A stretch of 64,000 bases of DNA, from positions 36,248-100,247 of the forward strand of contig CAVUSK010000012.1 in the NCBI GenBank assembly GCA_963744085.1, given 5' to 3'. Each line of letters starts with the position of its first letter. Within the stretch, counting starts at the first letter, position 1. Positions 31,776-41,947 of this stretch are shown here, piece by piece. Source of the stretch: an uncultured Actinomycetota bacterium (GTDB lineage: Bacteria > Actinomycetota > Actinomycetes > Mycobacteriales > Mycobacteriaceae). Made by a program: the position numbers and the translations under genes. A model generated the notes under the pieces. The model had not been told where the DNA came from. It worked only from the letters and a program-made list of their open reading frames with translations, and did no database searches.

Positions 31776-33692
31776 ATGTGCGGGATATTCGCCGCGATGA
31801 CGCGCCGCGGCCTTTCGAGTGAACGGCGAGATGCGGCGCTCAAGCTTTTGGAACATCGCGGGCCGGACGGCTCCGGCATCTGGACGTCGCGGGATGGGCA
31901 GTGGACGCTCGGACACACGCGTTTGTCGATCATCGGTTTGAAAAACGGGAGTCAGCCCATGACGAGCCCCGATGGCGTGGTGCATTTGGTAGTGAACGGC
32001 GAATTTTACGGCTACCGCGAGATTCGCGAGCGTCTTCGTGCGAGCGGCTATCGTTTCTCCACCGAGAGCGACAGCGAAATTGCGCTGCACCTCTATGAGG
32101 AGCGCGGCATCCAGGCCGCGACGCTCCTGCGCGGTGAGTTCGCGGTGGTCATTGCCGACGAACGCCAACGCGCGATGTATGCGATCCGCGATCGCTTCGG
32201 GGTCAAACCCCTCTACTACGCGGTGGTGAGCGGCGACGTGTACTTCGCGTCGGAGGTCAAAGCGCTGTTGGCGCTGGGTGTGCCGGCCAAATGGGACCTC
32301 GAGGGCGCTACCGGAGGTTTTGGAAGATCTCACGAGAAAACCGAGTTCGCCGGGATCAGTACCGTGCCGCCGGGTTGTTATGCGATCGCCCGAGATGGCG
32401 ATGTTCGCATCTATCCATACTGGGATTGGGAGATCCCGACTGCTGATCAGATGCGCGTAGACGCGCGAAGTGACGCCGAGATCGTCGACGAATTTCGCCA
32501 GGCTCTCCAGGATGCCGTGCGGCAAAGGCTGGTCGCCGATGTCGAGGTCGCTTCGTATCTGAGTGGTGGCATCGACTCATGTGCCGTCCTCGGGCTCGCG
32601 CAGCAAGAGATGGACCGGCCGATTCGCGCGTTCACGCTCACCTTTGAGAACCCGCTCTATGACGAGGCCAGCGTCGCTGAAGCACAGGCCAAGCGCGTCG
32701 GCGCGACGTATCACCCAATTCCGATCACTGGGCGGGAGATTGCCGACTCATTCGCAGATGCGGTCTGGCATGCCGAAACGCAGATGTTCAACGGCCACGG
32801 CGTTGCCAAGTACCTGCTCAGCCGTGCCGTGAGAGCTGCAGGCATCAAGGTGGTGTTCACCGGCGAAGGCGCCGACGAGATGCTGGGAGGGTATCCGTAC
32901 TTCCGAGTCGACGCGCTGAACAACAACGCGACGTTGAGCGCCGACGAGAGATCGGCGCTCCTCGATGAGATGCTCGGCGCCAATGCTGCGACTCGCGCGT
33001 TGATGATGCCGGATCAAATCAGCAGTCCCGAAATGCAGGCAGTGGAGCGCAGGCTCGGCTGGCTGCCGGCGACGCTCAATGTCGGTGCGGCCCAGACTAA
33101 TAGCGTGGCGTCATTGTTCCGCGATGACCTCCCGGCCTCGGTTCGGGAGTTTCAGCCGCTGGTGTCTGCGCTGGATCGCTTGCCGCTTGCGCAACGCGTC
33201 GCTGGCCGCGACCGCCTGAATCAGATGCTCTACGTCAATGCCAAGACAGTATTGCCGAATTTCATTCTGAACTATCTCGCTGATCGGATGGAGATGGCTC
33301 ACTCCATCGAAGGGCGCGTGCCGTTCCTGGACCACCGTGTCGCCGAAGTCGCGGCTCGCGTGCCGGTGAACATGAAAGTCAAAGGCATTCGCGAAAAACA
33401 TGTCCTTCGCGAAGCGGCGAAGGACGTGTTGATACCCGAGGTGTATGACCGCCAGAAGCATCCATTCACGACGCCTCCGACACGCAACACGAGCGACCCG
33501 ATGCTCGCTTTCTACCGGGATACGTTTGCTTCGCAAGCTGCGAAGGACCAGCCGATCTACGACATAAAGAAGGTCTCCACGACGCTCGATCAACTGCTCG
33601 AGTCCCCGGACGATCAGCGCATCGCGGTGGAAGGCGGTCTGCAGCGTGTTGCGAGCGTGATTGTGATGCAAGAGCTGTTTTCCATGACGTGA
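31776..33692 (+). CDS. asnB: Asparagine synthase (glutamine-hydrolysing)-like class II amidotransferase
   Basis: N-terminal MCG nucleophile, HRGPDG, HTRLSII, NGEFY, DRFGVKPLYY, LSGGIDS, TGEGADE, RVPFLDH. Confidence 0.92.
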   Translation: MCGIFAAMTRRGLSSERRDAALKLLEHRGPDGSGIWTSRDGQWTLGHTRLSIIGLKNGSQPMTSPDGVVHLVVNGEFYGYREIRERLRASGYRFSTESDSEIALHLYEERGIQAATLLRGEFAVVIADERQRAMYAIRDRFGVKPLYYAVVSGDVYFASEVKALLALGVPAKWDLEGATGGFGRSHEKTEFAGISTVPPGCYAIARDGDVRIYPYWDWEIPTADQMRVDARSDAEIVDEFRQALQDAVRQRLVADVEVASYLSGGIDSCAVLGLAQQEMDRPIRAFTLTFENPLYDEASVAEAQAKRVGATYHPIPITGREIADSFADAVWHAETQMFNGHGVAKYLLSRAVRAAGIKVVFTGEGADEMLGGYPYFRVDALNNNATLSADERSALLDEMLGANAATRALMMPDQISSPEMQAVERRLGWLPATLNVGAAQTNSVASLFRDDLPASVREFQPLVSALDRLPLAQRVAGRDRLNQMLYVNAKTVLPNFILNYLADRMEMAHSIEGRVPFLDHRVAEVAARVPVNMKVKGIREKHVLREAAKDVLIPEVYDRQKHPFTTPPTRNTSDPMLAFYRDTFASQAAKDQPIYDIKKVSTTLDQLLESPDDQRIAVEGGLQRVASVIVMQELFSMT

Positions 33693-33769
33693 GCCGCGTC
33701 GAGCTCTCACTGGCACACTTTGTACAGCACGGCCAGGCGATGCGTTCCAGGGTCGTGGCCAGAGCCCGT

Positions 33770-34001
33770 CGAGACCCTCGGCCTCATAGCGGGCCAACCA
33801 GGTGTGCAGCGGCTGGCGCGACACCCCCACCTTCTCGGCGACTTGCGACACCGACGAACCGTCCGCGATGACAGCCATCGCGGCCTGATACCTCTGCTCT
33901 GCCACGCTCAACTCCCTCATCCACGGAGTGTCAAGCATCAGCCGAAACACTGTCGCGCATTACCCGAAACCGAAACGTCAAGCATCAGCCGAGGTAATAC
34001 A
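33770..34001 (-). mobile_element. IS481-family left-end remnant
   Basis: MRELSVAEQRYQAAMAVIADG...VSRQPLHTWLARYEAEGLDGL; iterated tcaagcatcagccga motifs. Confidence 0.8.
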
Positions 34002-34004
34002 GTT

Positions 34005-35323
34005 TGAACCGCCCCGGCATGTCCGGAGACTCTGGTGTGTCCCGGGTTGCACGCAGTCGGTTTGCTTGATTCTTGGTCACGACGTCCGTCGAAGGAGCCG
34101 TGTCCGTGCCGAAGCGTTATCCCGAGGAGTTCCGCCGCAAAGTGCTCGATCTGGTGGCCGCTGGCCGCCCTATCGCGCAGATCGCTGCCGATCTGGGCAT
34201 CAGTGACCAGACTATCTACGGCTGGCGCAAACAAGAACTGATCGACACCGGACAGTTGCCCGGTCTTAACCGTGCCGAACAGGCTGAGCTGGCCGCGGCC
34301 AACAAACGCATCCGCGAGCTGGAAACCGAGGTGGCGATCCTGAAAAGGGCCCGTGAGCTGCTGAGGGAGCCACACGACCCAAAAGACGGTACGCGGCCAT
34401 AGCCACGATGGCCGCAGAAGGACTGCCCGTGCAGATGGCGTGCCGACTGCTGTCGGTGGCCGAATCGGGCTACTACGAGTGGCGCCGCCGGCCACCGTCG
34501 GCCCGGGCGGTTCGCCACGCCTGGCTGACCGAGCAGATCCGGGCCGTGCACACCGCCTCACGCGGCACCTACGGCGTCCGCCGGGTGCATGCCGAGCTGA
34601 CCCTCGGACTGGGGCTACAGGTCGGCCACAACCAGGTCGAGCTGCTGATGACACGCGCAGCGATCAAAGGCCTTCCGGGCAACCGCCGTCCTCGGCCGCG
34701 CAATGAGACGCCGACCGCGTCGGATCTGGTCGAGCGGATGTTCACCCGCGAGGCACCAAATCGTTTGTGGGTCACCGACATCACCGAACACCGCACCTAC
34801 GAAGGCAAGGTGTATTGCGCGGTCGTGCTCGATACCTTCTCCCGCCGCGTTGTCGGCTGGTCGATCGACTCGAGCCAGACCGCCGCGCTGGTCACCAATG
34901 CGCTGAGTATGGCCATCGCCAACCGTGATCCGCAGGCCGGTGGGATCATCCACTCCGACCACGGCGTGCAATTCACCTCCTGGGCCTTCACCGACCGCGC
35001 AATACGCTCCGGTCTGGTGCCCTCGATGGGGTCAATTGGCGACTGCTACGACAACGCGATGATCGAATCCTTCTGGGGAAGAATGCAAACCGAGCTACTT
35101 AACCGAAAACGGTGGAGGACACGGATTGAGCTGGCCAATGCGATCTTCGATTACCTGGAGATCTTCCACAACCGTCAACGGCGTCATTCCGCCCTAGGGA
35201 TGCGCACTCCGATAGAGTTCGAATTGCTACACCAATCCACCCAACCCGTGGCCTGAAACCAAGTATGGCGACACCGCCGAACCGGGGATACATCAAAGTC
35301 TCCGGACTCACCGGGGCGGTTCA
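34005..35323 (+). mobile_element. Apparently intact IS3-family element with IS6110-type terminal inverted repeats
   Basis: IRL tgaaccgccccggcatgtccggagactc; IRR ...gtctccggactcaccggggcggttca; orfA 34106-34402 and orfB to 35256 (WVTDITE, HSDHGVQF, DNAMIESFW); -1 overlap at cccaaaag; no target duplication. Confidence 0.93.
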
Positions 35324-36990
35324 CCGCCGCCATCTGATGCGGACACCCTGGGCTTGACCCCGTTTGGTGGACACAGGGTCAGGCGGCTTGTGCCGTCTGA
35401 TTGAGTTGGTCTTCGAAGTCGACCGGGCTGATCATACCGAGGGCAGAATGGCGTCGGCGCCTGTTATAGACCCGTTCGATCCAGTCGCCAACGGCGAGCT
35501 TGGCGGCTGACTTGGTCGGCCATAAGTAGCGGTCGTAGAACTCGACTTTCAGTGTGGCCCAAAATGATTCGGCTGCAGCGTTGTCCCAACACACCGCGGT
35601 ACGGCCGACTGAGCGCACCAGGTTATGGTCGCGGGCGAACCGCGCCAGCTGGGCCGAGGTGTACTGGCAGCCGCGGTCGGCGTGCAGGATCACCTCGCCG
35701 CCCAGCTCGCCGCGCATCGCCACGGCCATTGCCACCGCGGAGGTGACCAGGTCGGTGCCCATGGCATCGTCGATGGCCCAGCCGATCACCCGCCGTGAGC
35801 AGCCATCGCGCACCGCGCACAGGTACAGCCAGCCCGCCCCAGTGCGCAGGTAGGTGATGTCTGAGGTCCACACCCGATTCAGCTCGCCGGTGTCGAAACG
35901 ACGCCCCACCAGGTCTTTGGGCACCGCAGCATCCAGGTCGACTACGGTGGTCGCCGGCACAAACGTGCGAGGGCTGATCCCGGCCAGCCTCTGGCGGCGC
36001 AGTGACGCTGCCACCGTCTTACGCGACACCGTCTCGCCGTCGGCACGCAGATCGGCCAGGATGCGTGGCGCCCGTACACGCCGTCGGACGCCTGGTGGAA
36101 TGCGGCGACCTTGGCGTCCAACTCCGCGCGCCGCACCGCCGTCGGACTCGGGCCCGACACGCAGGCTTTGCGCCACTTGTAGTATCCCGACCGCGAAACT
36201 TCCAGCAGTTCGCACATCCGCTTGATCGTGTAGGTAGCCTTCTCCGCCTCGATCACCCGGTAGGCCTCTACCGGTTCTGTTCGGAGACGAAGAAGGCCGC
36301 GGCTTTTTTCAGAAACGCACGGTCCAAACGTAATTCGGCGTTCTCGCGGCGCAGACGCTCCAGCTCCGCGCGTTCATCGGCATCAAGCACTCGGGCAGTA
36401 TCGCCAGCGTCGGCCGCTTCCCGTTGAAGGCGCACCCAACGACCCAGCACTTGTTCACCAACGCCGATCTCGGCCGCGACATGAGCCACCGGTCGGCCGG
36501 TCTCGATCACCAGGCGGGCAGCCTGCTCCCGGAACTCCGGGGTGTACTTCCTACGCTTGCCCGACATATGGACAACCTTCCCGCAGGACCAGCGGTCCCA
36601 CCAGTCAGGTGTCCACCATCAGGGGTCAACCCCAACCCATGCGGACGCGACGAGCGGTCCTCAAGATTGAGCACCGCCCCATCACGGGCATAACGACGTA
36701 GCCACGCATGCACCGTCTGACGCGACACCCCATAGCGGCGGGCCACATCACTAATCACGGCCCCATCCAGGACCTCCAACACCGCCCGATAACGCATCTC
36801 GGACACACGCAGCTCCCGCAACATGCCGGCCCCTTCCGCCGTCCACCAACGACTACGAAAGAACCCACACCCACCAACGGGTGTAAAGCACCTACCGGAA
36901 CTGTTGTCGCGGACCTACCGGAACCGCGTCCAGGAACCGTAAAGCAGCAACCGGACCTCAAACGTCAAGCATCAACCGGAACCGCACACA
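35324..36990 (-). mobile_element. IS481-family remnant interrupted by an IS3 element and truncated by the IS6110-like element
   Basis: MLRELRVSEMRYRAVLEVLDG...LEDRSSRPHG (36824-36635) continues as CPHQMAA at 35348-35324; iterated accgga end motifs to 36990. Confidence 0.8.
35349..36634 (-). mobile_element. IS3-family element with 4-bp target duplication ACCC; orfB has a 1-bp frameshift near 36072
   Basis: IRs tgggcttgaccccgtttggtggacac / gtgtccaccatcaggggtcaacccca; accc at 35345-35348 and 36635-36638; orfA 36268-36567; orfB WTSDITY, HADRGCQY, DNAAAESFW. Confidence 0.92.
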
Positions 36991-37093
36991 AAGCGCTTGT
37001 GGACGCGGTGTGGACGTAGAGCCGGTTTCGCGGGCCGTGGCGCCCGGGCGCCGGACTGGCAAAATAGCCCTCTAGCTGCATCTTTGTGTTGTG

Positions 37094-37133
37094 GGGCGGG
37101 CGGGACTCGAACCCGCGACCAACGGATTATGAG
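37094..37133. repeat. att-like direct repeat of the tRNA(CAT) 3' half
   Basis: 40-bp exact match to 39647-39686, ending just past the anticodon. Confidence 0.95.
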
Positions 37134-37408
37134 AACGATGGTCGCTGTTGCTGACGGCCCAACTAGAGCCGTTGTAATGACCCTTGTGGGCAAGATTTCT
37201 GCTCTAATCATGTTGTGCCAGAACCGATTACAACAAAAGCCGATTCCTATAACCACTGTAGTAAGACAAAAGCCCAGGTTGCCAGGTCACGGCGCTAGTG
37301 TTGGTGTGAGCGGGTTTGCTGGCTAGATGCGTTCGCTTCCAGACCCAAACTAGACGCAGTGAAATAATCGGACGGCCAACCACCCATCGCTAGGAGCAGC
37401 CACAGACG

Positions 37409-38014
37409 ATGACGAAAGCAACCAGGCGACCCAAAACCCAAGAACTATGTAGCGCAGTTGTTTCTGTGATCCTGCTAGTGAGTCTCGTTGGCACAGCTTG
37501 CAGCACTAGCACCACCGGCAGTAAACAGACACAGGCCACAACAACCCATGTATTCAGCGCGCCAATAATTCCGCAGTCGCCTACACCAAACTTCAAGATT
37601 GTTGGGAAGCGTTACGTGCGTAAGGACAACGCGCCTGGCTACTACGTTGTGATCGACCCGGTGGATTTGAGCAATGACAGCTTTAAGCAAAACGTGAAGC
37701 TGGTACTTCAGGCACTTGCGAAAACCAATGGCGGGCCGAACTTCACGGCATGGGTTCTCGATGACGAAGCCGTTGCTAACACCAAATATTCCTACGACAC
37801 AAACCCGGGAGCCGATACAGTAGACAAGATGAAAGCACAACAAGCAGCAGAAGAACAGCACCTAATCGCTGGGTACACAGGTGGCTGGGACACTACCTAC
37901 GCTCACTCCAGCACCGCAGATGATGCGTACACGATTAGTTGGTTTCCAGCCGCGATCATTGATAGCCCGAACGTGGGCCAGTATGTCAAATTTGGCGAGC
38001 AATTTAAGCCCTAG
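37409..38014 (+). CDS. Hypothetical lipoprotein (island cargo)
   Basis: Signal peptide ending LVGTAC, Thr-rich linker; AT-richer than the core. Confidence 0.7.
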   Translation: MTKATRRPKTQELCSAVVSVILLVSLVGTACSTSTTGSKQTQATTTHVFSAPIIPQSPTPNFKIVGKRYVRKDNAPGYYVVIDPVDLSNDSFKQNVKLVLQALAKTNGGPNFTAWVLDDEAVANTKYSYDTNPGADTVDKMKAQQAAEEQHLIAGYTGGWDTTYAHSSTADDAYTISWFPAAIIDSPNVGQYVKFGEQFKP

Positions 38015-38158
38015 CGTCAACCGCTGCTAGCCGCTGGCACGCTCTATTGGCACTACTTGAGCCGCAGACCGCTTAGAACGCGCCCTGGTGGTCAGTATCG
38101 ACTCGCCGCAACTAGGTGAGATCCACCAAGGCGGGGGTGGGATCAGGATACAGCGTAT

Positions 38159-38870
38159 TTAGCCGCTGGCCTTTTGTAGTGGCACTACTTTGTTGTCCGG
38201 CTTTTGTGCTTGTGGACGGGCCAGCGGTGCAGCTTTACCGCCCTCAGCGGTGGTGATGTAATCGCCGTAAGTATTGAGCGTCAGAACAAACGTGGAGTGT
38301 CCCAGCATCTTTGAAACCTGCATAAAATGCTCCCCCGCGCTCAGACTCATTACTGCGAAGCTGTGCCGTAAATCGTGCCAACGCGCACGCGGTAGGTTCA
38401 ACGCTTCTAATGCTGGCCGGAAGTAACGCAACGTGACGTTTCTAGCGTCGATAGGTTGCGTGTAATCAAACAGGTTGGCCCGATCTTTGACGTTGTGACC
38501 TAGTTCTTTTGCGCGCTGCATCGTCAGCCTGCCCGGAAACAACGGCGCGTTAGATTCTTGCTTGCGTGGGTGCGTTTGGAGGTAGTCGCGTAGATCGTCA
38601 GCAAGCCACGCATCTAACGGAACCGTCCGTATGGACTGCTCTGTCTTGGGTGTGTCTGTCACCCACTGACCGTTCTTGCGCTCTTTGGTCCGTTGTACGT
38701 GGATTGCTCCTACCGTGCCTGCGTGATTACTGAGGGTTAAATCTTGGACCTCTAGCCCCTGAAGCTCCGCGAGCCGCACGCCGGTAAACGCGGAAAATTT
38801 CACCGCCAGGGCGTAGATGTGGTTGTGCTGGGCGTGTTCTATGTGGTCTGCGACGGCTGCGATTTGTTGA
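38159..38870 (-). pseudogene. Tyrosine integrase, catalytic domain only (N-terminus lost)
   Basis: FTGVRLAELQGL (Arg I), TPKT, WHDLRHSFA (HxxR), MLGHS and TYGDY (Tyr); the frame is closed by a stop upstream. Confidence 0.88.
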
Positions 38871-38938
38871 AAATCGCTCTTATTACCGCTGCGATCACAA
38901 TTCCGATTAAATACGCCCAGATAATCACGCGCTCAAGT

Positions 38939-38967
38939 TTACGCCGGTTACGCCGGTTACGCCGGTT
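38939..38967. repeat. 9-bp tandem repeat (ttacgccgg) x3
   Basis: Seen directly; encodes NRRNRRNRR on the minus strand before a TM-like segment. Confidence 0.8.
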
Positions 38968-39077
38968 GGGGCTAGAAGTGGTTCTAGTTGGTCGGCTTGA
39001 GCGGCTCTGCGTCCATAGGACCACTGCTCAAGACGGCTCTACGGGCCTCTGAGGGCTTGCTTTGACGGCTGTGCTGG

Positions 39078-39488
39078 TCACTCGTCAGAGTCAACGTCGG
39101 TTACTTCTATGTCATCTGCACTGTCTACTTTGATTTTCTTGATGGGTTTATTGTCCGGCCCGTAGATCGTGATTATTTTCGGGCGTTCCGTTCCTTCGTC
39201 TTTTTCCCGTTTACGTTTGAATCGGTTGTTGGCCCAAGTGATCGCAGCAGCTTCCAAAGAAGTGACAACGCCACCTATCGTTGCGTCTGCGGCTTGCAAA
39301 GCGATATAGAGGCCGATCGTTTCGTAAAGGGTGATTCCCCTACCCGTTGGCGGCCTGTAGGTTATTTGGCCGTCACTGCCACCTTCGCGTATTTCGTCTA
39401 TCAGTTCTTCTAACCCCGATAAGAATGGATTGAGTCTAAAAGTACCGCCGATCCTAACCGTAATTATTGCTGCTGCTTGTCCTCCCAT
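39078..39488 (-). CDS. Hypothetical protein (island cargo)
   Basis: 136-aa ORF, AT-richer DNA, next to the tRNA 3' end. Confidence 0.6.
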   Translation of the reverse strand: MGGQAAAIITVRIGGTFRLNPFLSGLEELIDEIREGGSDGQITYRPPTGRGITLYETIGLYIALQAADATIGGVVTSLEAAAITWANNRFKRKREKDEGTERPKIITIYGPDNKPIKKIKVDSADDIEVTDVDSDE

Positions 39489-39644
39489 GCGACCAGGCTA
39501 GTCGAGCTAGCCGCGCTGTGGCGTTTGCTAGTTCCCGTGTGTCTGCGCTGGTGTTGGTGCCGTGTTGGTGTGAGCGCCCAAAACCGCCCAAAGTAGCAGC
39601 GGCCAGCAAACCACGAAATTAGCCCTACCAGCATTTTTAACTTG

Positions 39645-39718
39645 TAGGGCGGGCGGGACTCGAACCCGCGACCAACGGATTATGAGTCCGCGGCTCTAAC
39701 CAACTGAGCTACCGCCCC
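39645..39718 (-). tRNA. tRNA with CAT anticodon, Ile2-type (metV locus of M. tuberculosis)
   Basis: GGGGCGGTAGCTCAGTTGGTTAGAGCCGCGGACTCATAATCCGTTGGTCGCGGGTTCGAGTCCCGCCCGCCCTA folds as a cloverleaf; the CTCATAA loop matches Ile2. Confidence 0.95.
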
Positions 39719-39744
39719 GTGCGAATCACCATCGTAGGTGGCCG

Positions 39745-40575
39745 TCATTCGTAGTGCGTGGACCCGTCCGCCAGGATGCGATACCGCTCGGTGCCCTGCT
39801 CGACGTGCGGTGCATCGGCAGCCATCGCGACCGCGATCTTGTTGCTCGCATTTCGCATGACGTCGAGCGTCAACTCCACGGCCTCCTCGGCCGAGAAGTG
39901 CTCCCGCATCTCCGCCGAGACCTCCGAAGCGATGTCTGCCGGTGACCAAATCAGCGCATCGACGTATCGCAGCGCCGCCTTGTGCCCATCGCTCAGACGG
40001 CGCGACCCCTCGTATGTCGCGATCTCGCCGTACATGTCCTCCGATCCGCCGGCGTCCAGCGCCGTGACTTCGCGCAGCGAATTGCACAGCCGGCAGTGGT
40101 GTTGCCCGGCACCCCGCAATCTCACGATCTCCGCCGTCACCGGGTCCAGTGCTCTCCGCCTGGCGACTGCCGGCAGAAATCCGTTGAACACCGCGTCGGC
40201 CGGATCGGTCGAGTGGTCCCACGCCGGGCAGCGCGGCAGCGCCGAATCCAACTCGAGCGCAGACAATCCCGCGAGAACCCGCGGGACGAAGTCCGCGATG
40301 TACGTCAATACCACCGCACCGAGTGCCTCGCGGCCGAGCGTCGCCAACAACCGCTGTCGCTGATCCGCGGAAATCCCCGTCACGTCCCTGCTGAATTGCT
40401 GCGCGAAGTCGACCGCTGCCTCCTCCGCTTCCGACCGCGGCCCGTCTGCCTCGACCTCCGCCGCGAGCGGCGGCAGCGCCAGCACCCGCCCGCACGTGTG
40501 CCGGACCATCGTGTTGATCCGCGCGGCGGGCCCTTCCGGCGACAGCGATACCAGTCGCGCTAGTTCGTCGATCAC
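39745..40575 (-). CDS. Carboxymuconolactone decarboxylase/AhpD-like protein
   Basis: [26 protein letters not shown] (CxxC); AALRYVDAL. Confidence 0.85.
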   Translation of the reverse strand: MIDELARLVSLSPEGPAARINTMVRHTCGRVLALPPLAAEVEADGPRSEAEEAAVDFAQQFSRDVTGISADQRQRLLATLGREALGAVVLTYIADFVPRVLAGLSALELDSALPRCPAWDHSTDPADAVFNGFLPAVARRRALDPVTAEIVRLRGAGQHHCRLCNSLREVTALDAGGSEDMYGEIATYEGSRRLSDGHKAALRYVDALIWSPADIASEVSAEMREHFSAEEAVELTLDVMRNASNKIAVAMAADAPHVEQGTERYRILADGSTHYE

Positions 40576-40585
40576 TGGTCAGACG

Positions 40586-41947
40586 CTACTGTGCCTGACT
40601 CACACTGGACATATGGAAGTCGGGAATCATCAACGGCGGCATCGCGGCTCGGGTCGCCCAATCACCCCATTCCCGGGGCAGCGTGATCTCCGTGGCACCC
40701 ACCTCGGTGGCCCGCTGCAGCAAATCGAGCGGGCTTTCGTTGAACCGGAAGTTGTTCACCGCCGCCGACACCTTGCCGTCCTCGACCAGATACACGCCGT
40801 CGCGCGTCAAGCCCGTCAACAGCAACATCGTCGGATCGACCGTGCGGATGTACCACAGCGTGGTCAACAGCAACGCCCGCTCCGTTCCGGCGATCATGTC
40901 CTCGAGGCTCACGTCGCCGCCTGTCATCACCAGGTTGTCGGCGGGAACGGCGACGGGCGCGTCGAACTCGGCCGCCGCGGCCCGCGGGTACGCCAGCGCG
41001 TTGATCACCCCATCGCGGATCCAGTCGACGCGGTCGATGTCCATGCCGTTGTCGAAAACCGACACCGTCTCCGACGAACTCGAGGTCGCGACGAACGGCC
41101 GGCACCGCAACGGCCGCTCGGACGGATCCGTGTACAACGTCACCGGCAACTGGGTGAGCCGCTCCCCCACCCGCGTCCCGCCGCCCGGCGCGGAGAACGT
41201 CGTCCGGCCTTCCTGCGCGCCGCGGCCGTCCATCATCCACGCCATGTAGATCATCATGTCGGCGACCGTCGACGGCGGCATCAGCGTCGGATACCTGCCC
41301 GCAGGTAACGAGACCGTCCGCCGCGACCACCCCAGCCGCGTCGACAGGTCCGCCAACAGCCGGTCCGTTGGCACGTCGAGGAAGTCGAGCGTGCTCACAC
41401 CGGCCCACGCGCTCGCGCCGTCACGTTTGGCATTGATCTCCACGGAGCCGGTGGGCTGCGTGAAGCGCCGACGCAATCCGGTCGAACTGGCCATGAACGT
41501 CGTCGCCAGTTCGTGGCGGGCGTACCCGTACAACGTGTCCGGTCCGCTGAACCCAAGCGAAAGTGACGCTGCCAGAGCGCCGAACACCTCGGCGCCGGTG
41601 GCGGGCACCGCATCGTCCCAGTCGTCCGGCGAACCGGAACCGGTGATCAGCCGTGCGCTGTCGCGCGCCTCGGGCGCCGACCGGGCCGCAACCTCGCTTG
41701 CCGCGACGACGTCGCCGATGACCGCAGGGTCCACCTCGCTGGTCTGCACCGACCCGACGTGACCCGTGGCGCCGTCCCTCACGATCGAGATCACCGATGT
41801 CGAGCGGCTCATCGACACACCGTTGGTGGTCATCGAGCTGTTGGCCCAGCGCAGCGATGCCTCGGCACGATCGGTGACGACCACGATCGTCTCGTCGACC
41901 GTCGCCGCCGCCAGCGCATCGTCGACGACCTTCTGCGGAGCGATCAA
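40586..41947 (-). CDS. tldE: TldE/PmbA family metallopeptidase subunit
   Basis: SLRWANS, LLTTLWYIR, TGLTRDGVYLVEDG, NNFRFNESP; TTG start overlaps the tldD stop. Confidence 0.88.
   Translation of the reverse strand: MIAPQKVVDDALAAATVDETIVVVTDRAEASLRWANSSMTTNGVSMSRSTSVISIVRDGATGHVGSVQTSEVDPAVIGDVVAASEVAARSAPEARDSARLITGSGSPDDWDDAVPATGAEVFGALAASLSLGFSGPDTLYGYARHELATTFMASSTGLRRRFTQPTGSVEINAKRDGASAWAGVSTLDFLDVPTDRLLADLSTRLGWSRRTVSLPAGRYPTLMPPSTVADMMIYMAWMMDGRGAQEGRTTFSAPGGGTRVGERLTQLPVTLYTDPSERPLRCRPFVATSSSSETVSVFDNGMDIDRVDWIRDGVINALAYPRAAAAEFDAPVAVPADNLVMTGGDVSLEDMIAGTERALLLTTLWYIRTVDPTMLLLTGLTRDGVYLVEDGKVSAAVNNFRFNESPLDLLQRATEVGATEITLPREWGDWATRAAMPPLMIPDFHMSSVSQAQ

Noticed and set aside
31349-33692. 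Lasso-peptide cluster built around the AsnB-like gene
   Set aside because: The enzyme keeps the N-terminal Cys glutaminase domain; no B1/B2 peptidase genes or convincing precursor nearby
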